DNA of 23,881 bases. Source: Myxococcota bacterium (lineage in GTDB: Bacteria; Myxococcota_A; UBA796; CAJQPC01). Position numbers and translations under genes: made by a program. Location: assembly GCA_036229005.1 (NCBI GenBank), contig JAZAMN010000056.1, positions 1 to 23,881 of the forward strand. Direction: 5' to 3'. Below are positions 9,214 through 16,953 of the stretch, piece by piece (within the stretch, counting starts at the first letter, position 1; each line of letters starts with the position of its first letter). The notes under the pieces were generated by a model. The model searched no databases, was not told where the DNA came from, and was given only the letters and a program-made list of their open reading frames with translations.

Positions 9214-10212
9214 CTACCTGGGGCCGGCCAAAAGCTGCTCCTGGGCCCAGGCCTCGAGCTGCGCGTCGTAGGCCTCCACGGCGTCGAACTGCCAGCGCTC
9301 CGCGAAGGCATCCGCGGCCTTCTCCATGTCGCGCCAGGCGTCGGCGGACTTCACGTTGAAGCCGACGCGGAGGGCCTCGTAGCGGCGCTTGCGCCAGGGC
9401 AGGATGAGCAGGCCGTTCTCCATGGCCTCCAGCTCCGACAGGCTGGTGCTGGACAGCTCCACCAGCAGGGAGAGGCCCTGCTCCACCGCGTCGCGGAGCC
9501 CGCTGTCCCCCATCCAGGCCGGGACCTGCTGGACCTGCTGTTGGACCGCGATCAGGTGCGGCCGCTCGCGCTCGGTGGCGGCCCCGGAGACCTGCCCGGA
9601 CCACAGCCCCGAGGCCTGCCCGTGCAGGTCCACGAGCTCGTTGTAGTGCCGGATGGCGAAGTCGATGCGCAGGTGGGTGGGCAGCCCGGACTCCGCGCCC
9701 GGGAGGGGCTGCTCAAGCACCAGAGGCGGTGGCTCCGGCGGCGGCGGGGCCGGGCTCTCCACGTAGCTGTTGTGGGCGGCCAGGAAGGCCTGCTGCTCGG
9801 CATCCAGGCGGGCGTTGCTGGCGGCGATCCGGGCCTCCAACCGGGCGAGCAGGACCTCCAGCTCGAGCTGGTGTGCGTCCCGGGGCTGGGGCTCCGACAA
9901 CAGGGCGTCGACGCGGATCCAGCCCGCATCCAGGCTGTCCTCGATGGTGTCCAGAGAGGCAACAAAGGCGTCCTCCAGCTCCTGGCCCGGGGGGTAGTCC
10001 GGGATCTGGGAGGCGGCCGATCGCAGCGCCTCCACCTGAGCCAGCCCCTGCAGCCGGGCGGCCTCCGAGTCTCCACCAGACATCGCGGTCAGCTCCGCGA
10101 CCTCATAGGCCACGACCGCCTGGCTGTGCAGCTCCACCCAGGCGTCGTTGAATGCGACCGGGTCCACACGACCGGCCTGCGCCGGAAGCGCCATCAAGAG
10201 CAGCAACATCAA
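9214..10212 (-). CDS. Secreted alpha-helical protein, single ~300-aa module, 332 aa, paralogue
   Basis: Signal peptide (M)MLLLLMALPAQA; LPGAESGLP, VPAWMGDSGL, FAERW; GGGGAGGGA RBS. The start may be ATG 10209. Confidence 0.85.
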   Translation of the reverse strand: MMLLLLMALPAQAGRVDPVAFNDAWVELHSQAVVAYEVAELTAMSGGDSEAARLQGLAQVEALRSAASQIPDYPPGQELEDAFVASLDTIEDSLDAGWIRVDALLSEPQPRDAHQLELEVLLARLEARIAASNARLDAEQQAFLAAHNSYVESPAPPPPEPPPLVLEQPLPGAESGLPTHLRIDFAIRHYNELVDLHGQASGLWSGQVSGAATERERPHLIAVQQQVQQVPAWMGDSGLRDAVEQGLSLLVELSSTSLSELEAMENGLLILPWRKRRYEALRVGFNVKSADAWRDMEKAADAFAERWQFDAVEAYDAQLEAWAQEQLLAGPR

Positions 10213-10242
10213 TCCCTCCCCGCGCCCCAGGGGCGCTCTCTC

Positions 10243-11262
10243 TCAGGTTGCCTGGCGGGTGGCGAACTGGGCCAGGAGCTGCTGGACCTCAAGCTGGGCC
10301 TCGGCCTCGGCCAAGCCGTCCATGCCCACCTGCTCCAGGTTTGCGATGTCCTCGGTCAAGCCGTCCACGGCGGCGTCGGCCAGGCCCTTGTCCCCCACCG
10401 CGGAGAGCTCATCGAGCTGCGAGAGCGCGCCGGTGACCTCCTCCAGCAGCGCCTCGGCCTCGGGGCCCAGGGACAGGGACAGCTTGCCGGACTCCACCAC
10501 GCGCTGGGTCTTGAAGCGCTCCCCCAGGTAGTCCAGGGTGTCGGCCAGGGAGTCCATGCGCTCGCGCAGGGCGGCGACGGTCTTCTCCACGGCCAGGATC
10601 TCCTGCTCGACGGCCTGGGTGTCGGCCTCGGCGAGCTCGGCGACGCTGGGGGGCTCGGGCACCACGTCCGGCGCGCCCCCCTTGAGCTGGTCCAGGGTGG
10701 CCACGAACTGGCGCACGTCCACGCAGGCCTGCTGGTAGTGCCGGGAGGCGATCTCCAGATCCTGCGCCTCCACGTCCAGGGGCTGCGGCAGGTGGGCCAG
10801 ATCCGGACGCTGCCGCGCCGCGATGGCCAGGTGCACGCGCAGGTGCAGGATGGCCCGGGTCTTCCACACGGTCCCCATCACCCGACGGGTGACCTGCGCG
10901 CGCCGCTCCAAAACGCCCAGGTCCTGTTCGTAGCGGCCCACCAGCTCCTCGCGGCCCTCCTTCGCGGCGACCTCGTTGAGCTTCTGCTGAAGGTGGGCGT
11001 GTTGGGCGATGGCCTGGTCGTGCTGCTCCCCGAGCTGGGCCTCAAGCTCCGCGAGGCGACGGGGGTAGCGCTTGAGGTCGGAGCCCGAGCGCCAGGCCTC
11101 CCGCTCGGCGGCGGCCCGCTCGCTCTGGGTCATCCGGGGGCCCTCGGGCTGGGAGGGCGCGCCCTCATCCGAGGTGATCTGCTCCCAGGGGCGCATCCAG
11201 TAGAAGATGCCGACGAGGATGACAGCCAGGGGGACAGTGACGAATAACCACACGCTCCGCAC
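10243..11262 (-). CDS. Membrane-anchored coiled-coil protein, 339 aa, function unknown
   Basis: N-terminal TM (VWLFVTVPLAVILVGIFYW); long E/Q/A/L-rich heptad stretches; GC-rich third codon positions; co-oriented with the three downstream paralogues. Confidence 0.8.
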   Translation of the reverse strand: MRSVWLFVTVPLAVILVGIFYWMRPWEQITSDEGAPSQPEGPRMTQSERAAAEREAWRSGSDLKRYPRRLAELEAQLGEQHDQAIAQHAHLQQKLNEVAAKEGREELVGRYEQDLGVLERRAQVTRRVMGTVWKTRAILHLRVHLAIAARQRPDLAHLPQPLDVEAQDLEIASRHYQQACVDVRQFVATLDQLKGGAPDVVPEPPSVAELAEADTQAVEQEILAVEKTVAALRERMDSLADTLDYLGERFKTQRVVESGKLSLSLGPEAEALLEEVTGALSQLDELSAVGDKGLADAAVDGLTEDIANLEQVGMDGLAEAEAQLEVQQLLAQFATRQAT

Positions 11263-11320
11263 CTAACTCCGCTGGGCACCTGCGGAAAGGTTAGGCGGCT
11301 CCATCGGTGAGGACGAGGTC

Positions 11321-11734
11321 ATGATCGAGCGAGCGCAGGCAGCCATCGAGCGCTGGGCCCAGGCCCTGAACCAGCCCCTTGACCAGGAGCGGTTCTCCCA
11401 GGCCTTCACCCCCGACGCCCAGGTCCGCCGCCACGGCTGGGGCGCCCGCATCGACACCGTGGTCGAGGTCCTGGACGGCCCCGACGCCATCGCCGAGTGG
11501 GCCCAGGGCGCAAACCGCAACAGCGTGTTCATCGTCGAGCAGGTGCAGCCCGAGCCGGACGGCGTGCACTACCGGGCGCGCTACCGCCTGGAGATCCTCA
11601 ACTTCCTGAACCGGGGGTGGTGGCGCTTCTCGCTGGGCGAGGACGGCCGCATCCACCAGCTCTGGCACCGCGCCGACGCGCTCCTGGATCCGGCGATGCG
11701 GCGCGCCACCCTCGGAAGTGAGGAGATCCCCTGA
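11321..11734 (+). CDS. Probable NTF2/SnoaL-like fold protein, 137 aa
   Basis: IERWAQALN...AFTPDA...LDGPDAIAEW...FSLGEDGRI matches the SnoaL-like pattern; GAGG RBS. Confidence 0.65.
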   Translation: MIERAQAAIERWAQALNQPLDQERFSQAFTPDAQVRRHGWGARIDTVVEVLDGPDAIAEWAQGANRNSVFIVEQVQPEPDGVHYRARYRLEILNFLNRGWWRFSLGEDGRIHQLWHRADALLDPAMRRATLGSEEIP

Positions 11735-11827
11735 TCATCGGCAGGATCGAGGCGACGGCGTGGGCCTCCCTGTGAAAAGTCCGAGGCGGGGTGGATCCGG
11801 GGTCTGACCTCCCCTAAGCTACGCCCC

Positions 11828-12232
11828 ATGAGCACCAAGACCGACAAGTCCGCCCCCGCCGCTTCCACCAAGGAGGCCGCCGCCTCCGCCAAGGCTGAAG
11901 ACGCCAAGAAGGCCGCCTCCGCCAAGGACACCAAGTCCGCTGGCGAGAAGGCCAAGGCGCCCTCCGCCAAGGTCCACATCGTGTGGGACTCCGCGGGCAA
12001 GGGGGACGCCGACGCCACGGCGGCCAACTGCCGCGAGGCCGGGTTCGAGGTCACCATGGCCCGTGTCAGCCCCCTGGCCAACTACATGAAGCACGAGGAC
12101 CGGGTCTACGTGCCCGAGAACCTGGACGGCAAGGCCGATGACGCCATCGCCGCCGTCCGCTCCGTGCGCACGCAGATGACCCTGCACCCCACGGCGGAAG
12201 ACGACACCATCTACGCGTGGATCATCCGCTGA
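11828..12232 (+). CDS. Small protein with an Ala/Lys-rich N-terminal tail and a possible LytR_C-like C-terminal domain, 134 aa
   Basis: Strong codon bias. The C-terminal VHIVWDSAGKGDADATAANCREAGFEV...RVYV...ADDAIAAV resembles the LytR C-terminal pattern; domain call is tentative. Confidence 0.7.
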   Translation: MSTKTDKSAPAASTKEAAASAKAEDAKKAASAKDTKSAGEKAKAPSAKVHIVWDSAGKGDADATAANCREAGFEVTMARVSPLANYMKHEDRVYVPENLDGKADDAIAAVRSVRTQMTLHPTAEDDTIYAWIIR

Positions 12233-12238
12233 TCCCGC

Positions 12239-12321
12239 GCTGAGTTCCCCCCGCTGAGTCCCCCCGCGGGGCTCTCCGAGCTGGGTTCTCCGAGTTGGGC
12301 TCTCCGGGCTGAGTGCCCGCC
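12239..12321. repeat. Degenerate ~14-bp tandem repeat, 6 units, between convergent genes
   Basis: GCTGAGTTCCCCCC / GCTGAGTCCCCCC / GCGGGGCTCTCCGA / GCTGGGTTCTCCGA / GTTGGGCTCTCCGG / GCTGAGTGCCCGCC. Confidence 0.7.
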
Positions 12322-12323
12322 CC

Positions 12324-13355
12324 TCAGTAATGGGAGGCGGGCACTGGCCGTTCCTTGAACACCTTGTAGAGCCACCAGTAGGCGGGGACCAGCAGGAAGC
12401 TCCCGGCGACCAGGGCCGCGAGCACGCCCCAGAGCAGCCCCTCGGGCGCGGCGGCGTCGTGGATGCTCATTCCGGGGGGCATCACGTAGGGGTACTGGAA
12501 GAGCGCCCAGCCCAGCACGATGCCGGTGACCTGCGCGCCCGCCGCCACCCGCGCCAGCTTGTAGTCCCGCGTCCAGGTGAACAGCAGCGCCAGCAGCGCG
12601 GCCACCCCGACCGAGATGTGCAGGGTCCAGGCCAGCGGGCCCGTGGTCAGGTGGTCGTGCAGCCGCGGGGCCTCCTTCCAGGCCAGGCCCAGAGTGGTGA
12701 AGGCGAGCAGGGCGGTGACCGGCGCGATGTAGAGCGCGCGGGTGCGGAAGTCCTCCTGCACGCGCCAGTCCTCCCCCGCGTCGACGGCCAGGTAGATGGC
12801 CGCGAGCTGGGCGTAGAGGGCGAGCACGAACAAGCCCACCGCGATGGGGAAGGGCGAGGCCCAGTCCGAGACAAAGTCGGTGATGGGTCGCATGTCCTCG
12901 TTCAGGGGGATTCCCTTTACGACAGCGCCGAGGGAGACTCCCAGGAAGATCGGTGTGACGATCGATCCCACAGCGAACACCCGACTCCACCTCCTCCAGC
13001 TCTTCTGCGCGTCCGCCTCGCTGTGCTGGACGTCGTAGGAGCGGAACACGAACGCGCTGCCGCGCAGGACGATGCCGATCAGCATGATGGTCAGGGGCAG
13101 GTGCAGCGCGATGGAGATCGCCGCGAAGCCCTGGGGAAAGCAGACAAAGAGCAGCACCACCACCAGGATGAGCCAGACGTGGTTGGCCTCCCAGATGGGG
13201 CCGATGGAGCCGGCGATCAGCCTGCGCTGGCGGTCCGCCCGGGGCCCGCTGGCGAGCAGGTCCCAGAGGCCGCCCCCGAAGTCCGCGCCACCAGACAGCG
13301 AATACACGACCAGGGCGACGACGATGACACCGCCGATGAGGATCTCAGGCGACAT
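12324..13355 (-). CDS. cydB: Cytochrome bd ubiquinol oxidase subunit II
   Basis: GGADFGGG, IGPIWEANHVWLI, LRGSAFVFR; multi-TM; overlaps the end of cydA by 11 bp. Confidence 0.95.
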   Translation of the reverse strand: MSPEILIGGVIVVALVVYSLSGGADFGGGLWDLLASGPRADRQRRLIAGSIGPIWEANHVWLILVVVLLFVCFPQGFAAISIALHLPLTIMLIGIVLRGSAFVFRSYDVQHSEADAQKSWRRWSRVFAVGSIVTPIFLGVSLGAVVKGIPLNEDMRPITDFVSDWASPFPIAVGLFVLALYAQLAAIYLAVDAGEDWRVQEDFRTRALYIAPVTALLAFTTLGLAWKEAPRLHDHLTTGPLAWTLHISVGVAALLALLFTWTRDYKLARVAAGAQVTGIVLGWALFQYPYVMPPGMSIHDAAAPEGLLWGVLAALVAGSFLLVPAYWWLYKVFKERPVPASHY

Positions 13356-14706
13356 GGGACACCTCCTCGGAGCGCTCGCCGGGGCCTGCGGGCTCGCCAG
13401 GCTCCACGCTGGGGGCGTCGAACACGTGGCGCTTCATGAGCAGCACGACGACCACCCCGAGCACCAGGTAGAGCAGCGCGAAGGTGGTCATGGGGCCGAC
13501 CAGGTTGGGCATGGGCGTGACCGCGTCCTTGGTGCGCATGATCCCGTGGATCACCCAGGGCTGTCGGCCGATCTCGGTGACCATCCAGCCGGCCTCGACC
13601 GCGAGCATCCCCAGGGGCGTGGAGGCCGCGAGCAGGCCCAGGAACCAGCGCTGCCGAGGGAGCTGCTTGCCGGCGCGCCACCAGAGCAGGGCCCCCAGGG
13701 CGCCCAGCGCCATCAGCCAGGTGCCGATCCCCACCATCGCCTGGAAGGAGAGGTGGGTGATGGTGACCGGGGGCCGGTCCTCAACAGGGAACTCCTTGAG
13801 CCCCTTCACCTCGGCGTCAAAGTCGGCATAGGCGAGGAATGAGAGGGCCTTGGGGATGTGGATGGCGTAGGGCGTGGTCTCGGTCTCCTCGTCCGGGAGG
13901 CCGCCCACCAGCAGGGAGGCGCCAGACTCGGTCTCCCAGTGGCCCTCCATCGCGGCCAGCTTCACGGGCTGGTGCTTCGCCAGGTGCTTGGCGGCCAGGT
14001 CGCCCGAGAGGGGCTGCAGGAAGGCCGCCACGCCGCCCACGATCAAGGCGATGGCCAGGGCCTGGCGGTGGAAGTCGTTGTCCGGGTCCCGGAGCAGGCG
14101 CAGGGCGTGGATGCCGGCGACCAGGAAGCCCACGGCCTCGAAGGCGGCGATGGTCATGTGCAGGGTCTGGGTGGGCATGGCCGGGTTGAACATGGCCTCC
14201 CACACGTTGACCGCGAGCACCTGCCCGTCGGGGCCAAGCTCGAAGCCCTGGGGGGTGTTCATCCAGGCGTTCGCGGAGACCACGAAGATGCCGGACATGG
14301 TGCCGCTGATCGCCACGCCCAGCCCGGCGGCCAGGTGGGCCTTGGGGGGCACGCGGTCCCAGCCGTAGAGGTAGATCCCCAGGAAGATGGCCTCCAGGAA
14401 GAAGGCGAAGCCCTCCAGCGAGAAGGGCATGCCGATCACCGGCCCCGCCCAGGCCATGAACTCGGGCCAGAGCAGGCCGAGCTCGAAGGAGAGCACCGTG
14501 CCGCTGACCGCGCCGACGCCGAAGAGGATCGCCACCCCCTTGGACCAGCGGCGCGCCAGGGTCTTGAAGACCTCCCGGCCGGTCTTGAGGTAGCGCCACT
14601 CGGCGATCACCATCAGCAGCGGCATGGCGATGCCGACCACCGAGAACAGGATGTGGAAGCCCAGCGAGAGCGCCATCTGGCTGCGGGCCGCGAGCAGGTC
14701 GGTCAT
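13345..14706 (-). CDS. cydA: Cytochrome bd ubiquinol oxidase subunit I (short Q-loop type), 453 aa
   Basis: ARSQ...FHILF, GAVSG...FELG..WP, EGFAFFLEA, ANAWMNTPQG, QPVKLAAMEG, GWMVTEIGRQPW; GAGGAGG RBS. Confidence 0.97.
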   Translation of the reverse strand: MTDLLAARSQMALSLGFHILFSVVGIAMPLLMVIAEWRYLKTGREVFKTLARRWSKGVAILFGVGAVSGTVLSFELGLLWPEFMAWAGPVIGMPFSLEGFAFFLEAIFLGIYLYGWDRVPPKAHLAAGLGVAISGTMSGIFVVSANAWMNTPQGFELGPDGQVLAVNVWEAMFNPAMPTQTLHMTIAAFEAVGFLVAGIHALRLLRDPDNDFHRQALAIALIVGGVAAFLQPLSGDLAAKHLAKHQPVKLAAMEGHWETESGASLLVGGLPDEETETTPYAIHIPKALSFLAYADFDAEVKGLKEFPVEDRPPVTITHLSFQAMVGIGTWLMALGALGALLWWRAGKQLPRQRWFLGLLAASTPLGMLAVEAGWMVTEIGRQPWVIHGIMRTKDAVTPMPNLVGPMTTFALLYLVLGVVVVLLMKRHVFDAPSVEPGEPAGPGERSEEVSHVA

Positions 14707-14774
14707 GGGAGTGCCTCCTCGAGATCTTGGGACAGGATCCCTAGCCCCTTCCCGCCTCCTTGGATTCGTTCAAA

Positions 14775-14787
14775 TGATGTTTCATCA
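14775..14787. promoter_or_regulatory. Perfect inverted repeat TGATG-TTT-CATCA in the divergent cydA promoter region
   Basis: Lies in an AT-rich patch, roughly central between the cydA start (14706) and the divergent start (14855). Confidence 0.45.
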
Positions 14788-14854
14788 ACGTTTCGGGCGA
14801 TTCACCGATAGGTTGAGCGCGGTGCTCTTCACGCAGACCGGGATAGACAACAGC

Positions 14855-15394
14855 ATGGCGCTCCCCCCCAAGACCGCCCAACGCATCGCTCTGCTCTGGG
14901 GTGTGGGTGGGGTGATCGCGCTGTGCCTCAAGGCCGTGATCTCCCTGTTTCCCAAGGTCCTGGAGGCGCTGGAGCACGAGCTGAGCATCGGACAGATCGC
15001 CGCAGGGGGCCTCTGGGTGCTATTCATGGCGGTGATGGAGGGCTACCGGGGCTTCCAGCAGCGCTTCTCGCCGCGCGTGGTTCGCCGCGGTCACTGGCTG
15101 GGTCAGAACCCCACCCCGGGGCGGCTGCTTTTGGCACCTCTGTTCTGTATGGGGCTCATCGGCGCCACCCGCAAGCGCATGATCGGCTCCTGGGCGCTGC
15201 TCTGCGGGATCACCGTGCTGGTGGGGATCGTCGGCCAGATCCCGCAGCCTTGGCGGGGCCTGGTGGACGCCGGTGTGGTGGTGGGGTTGAGCTGGGGGAT
15301 GGCCAGCATCATCGCTTGGCAGATCGCTCTGGCCCGCGGGAGGGAGCCGGACATCTCGCTGGATCTGCCCGCTGGCGAGGAGTCCGAAAGGTAG
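14855..15394 (+). CDS. Integral membrane protein, 179 aa, function unknown
   Basis: Start moved to ATG 14855 to avoid overlap with cydA; 4-5 hydrophobic segments; motif-like EGYRGFQQRFSPRVV, LLAPLFCMG and PWRGLVDAGVVVGLSWG. Confidence 0.8.
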   Translation: MALPPKTAQRIALLWGVGGVIALCLKAVISLFPKVLEALEHELSIGQIAAGGLWVLFMAVMEGYRGFQQRFSPRVVRRGHWLGQNPTPGRLLLAPLFCMGLIGATRKRMIGSWALLCGITVLVGIVGQIPQPWRGLVDAGVVVGLSWGMASIIAWQIALARGREPDISLDLPAGEESER

Positions 15395-15571
15395 TTCTGC
15401 CGGGCAAGAGTTCCAAACAGGCCCGTCCGGCAGAACACGGGCCCGAGTGGGCCCGCGGGGGGCTGCGCCGCACGGCGCATTTCCGGGGGTGTCCCCCGGA
15501 GAAGAAGGTAGTTCTCTGGAGCATCAGTTCCGGCACGCGAAGAGTGTCGGAACGCATGCTTCGGAGAACTA
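15392..15571 (+). mobile_element. 180-bp multi-hairpin interspersed element (MITE/REP-like, non-autonomous), copy 1
   Basis: 12 substitutions and 1 indel versus the reverse complement of 21904-22082; five stem-loops; ends TAGTTCT...AGAACTA. The repeat is certain; mobility is inferred. Confidence 0.7.
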
Positions 15572-16387
15572 GTTCTCGTCCACCCAGTCATCGCCGGCGT
15601 CGAAGATGCCCTGGATGCCGGAGCGGGTGGTCCCAGCGACGAGGTCCTCGTCGAAGCCATCCCCCTCAAAGGCGGTCTCGGACCACAGCGCCATCATCCG
15701 GGTTGTGCCCTGATCCTGGGGCACCCAGACCTCGACCGAGTAGGACTGCATGATGCTCGCGCCGCCATCGGTGGCCTCGGCGGGCTCGGAGATCCAGGAG
15801 CGCCCCACCAGCGCCCAACGGGGCGTCTCGGAGACGGCCTCTTCGCCCTCGGGGACGTCGGCGGGGTCCGGCAGGCCCAGGTCCACCCAGCGCAAGTCCT
15901 TCCACAGGGTGTAGTCCAGGGTCATCACGGCGTTGTCCTTGATGAGCTGGTTCTCGGTGCGGAGGAACGTGCAGTCGCGGTCCGCGAAGCAGTCCCCGCC
16001 CTCGAGCACGATGCGGTCGTACTTGTCCTTGGACGCCGGCTCGATGGGGGTCTGGTCCTCCAGGAGCTGGACGCGGACGTGGTCGTCCAGGCCGTGGGGG
16101 CTCAGGTGCGCGACGGAGACGCCCAGGCAGGCAGCGGGGTCGCGATCGGGCACCTGGGGGAAGCTCTGCGCGGCGAGGGCGTCCAGGTCCTGGGGCGTGC
16201 GGCTGCGGTCCAGCAAGCCCTCGTCCAGGTCGATGTCCGCGGCGATGTCGGCTTCGATCGCGCGCACGGCGAAGGCCAGGTTCACGCCGTCCTCTTCGTC
16301 GAAGGACTGCAGCGCGAAGGAGGCGGCCTCGTCGAACGCGGGGTTGGTGGGCGCGGCGGGGCGGCAGGCGAGCAGGAGCAGGAGCAT
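15569..16387 (-). CDS. Putative lipoprotein, 272 aa, acidic, function unknown
   Basis: Start reassigned to ATG 16387 (MLLLLLAC lipobox); the longer ORF overlaps the upstream gene in another frame. Confidence 0.8.
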   Translation of the reverse strand: MLLLLLACRPAAPTNPAFDEAASFALQSFDEEDGVNLAFAVRAIEADIAADIDLDEGLLDRSRTPQDLDALAAQSFPQVPDRDPAACLGVSVAHLSPHGLDDHVRVQLLEDQTPIEPASKDKYDRIVLEGGDCFADRDCTFLRTENQLIKDNAVMTLDYTLWKDLRWVDLGLPDPADVPEGEEAVSETPRWALVGRSWISEPAEATDGGASIMQSYSVEVWVPQDQGTTRMMALWSETAFEGDGFDEDLVAGTTRSGIQGIFDAGDDWVDEN

Positions 16388-16393
16388 GCGCGC

Positions 16394-16422
16394 AAGATGC
16401 CGCTTGAACGCGCGAGAGTCAA
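16394..16422 (-). promoter_or_regulatory. Putative sigma70 promoter for a leaderless mRNA
   Basis: TTGACT - 17 nt - CATCTT - 6 nt - ATG on the minus strand. Confidence 0.5.
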
Positions 16423-16919
16423 CGGCGGCGGGGATCCCCGGTGGCGGGCCGGCAGGCCTTGGAGACGGCCTGGTCGTACTTGAAGAGCCCGGCCTCCTGG
16501 ACCGCGAGGGCGTCAGAGGCCTGGGCGGCCTTGTCCTCCAGCTCGTCGAGCTCCTTCTTGAGCTTCTCGGCGCGGCGGCCATCGGCGGCGCACTCGGCGT
16601 CGAACACACACTCGCTCATCTCCGCGCCCTTGCGGGAGGCGGCGGCAGAGGCGGCGCTCAGGCGGTCGACGGCGCCCTGCATGTTGGCCTTGTAGGCTTC
16701 GCGATCCGCCTTGGCGGCCTCACACTCGGCGTCCCCGGGCTCCGGCTCGGCGCGCTTGGGGGGCGCGGTCGGGGGCGGCTCGCCCTCGCTGGGGGTGACG
16801 TCCGGTGTGCCCTGCTGGAGGGCCTCCAGCGCCTCGCTCAGCGCGGAGTTGGTGCTGCGCGGGGCCGCCGCGGGCTTGGGTTCGGGGGTCGAGCAGGCGA
16901 GCAGGAGGATGGCGAGCAT
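16419..16919 (-). CDS. Putative lipoprotein with Pro-rich linker and Cys-containing coiled coil, 166 aa
   Basis: MLAILLLAC lipobox at ATG 16919; four further Cys; the longer ORF would overlap moaC. Confidence 0.75.
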   Translation of the reverse strand: MLAILLLACSTPEPKPAAAPRSTNSALSEALEALQQGTPDVTPSEGEPPPTAPPKRAEPEPGDAECEAAKADREAYKANMQGAVDRLSAASAAASRKGAEMSECVFDAECAADGRRAEKLKKELDELEDKAAQASDALAVQEAGLFKYDQAVSKACRPATGDPRRR

Positions 16920-16953
16920 GGAGACAGGATACTGTGGCCGGCCGGAGGACCCC

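Noticed and set aside
15392..15571. Integron attC, tRNA or riboswitch interpretation of the 180-bp element
   Set aside because: No RYYYAAC/GTTRRRY boxes, no co-oriented cassette array or integrase, no cloverleaf, and copy 1 sits between two 3' ends.
15103..15669. Similar peptides (PELMLQRT..FSGGHPRKCA, GPVFCRTGLFGTLARQN) here and at 21906-22335
   Set aside because: These are translations of the non-coding repeat; the 1-bp indel between copies shifts the frame.
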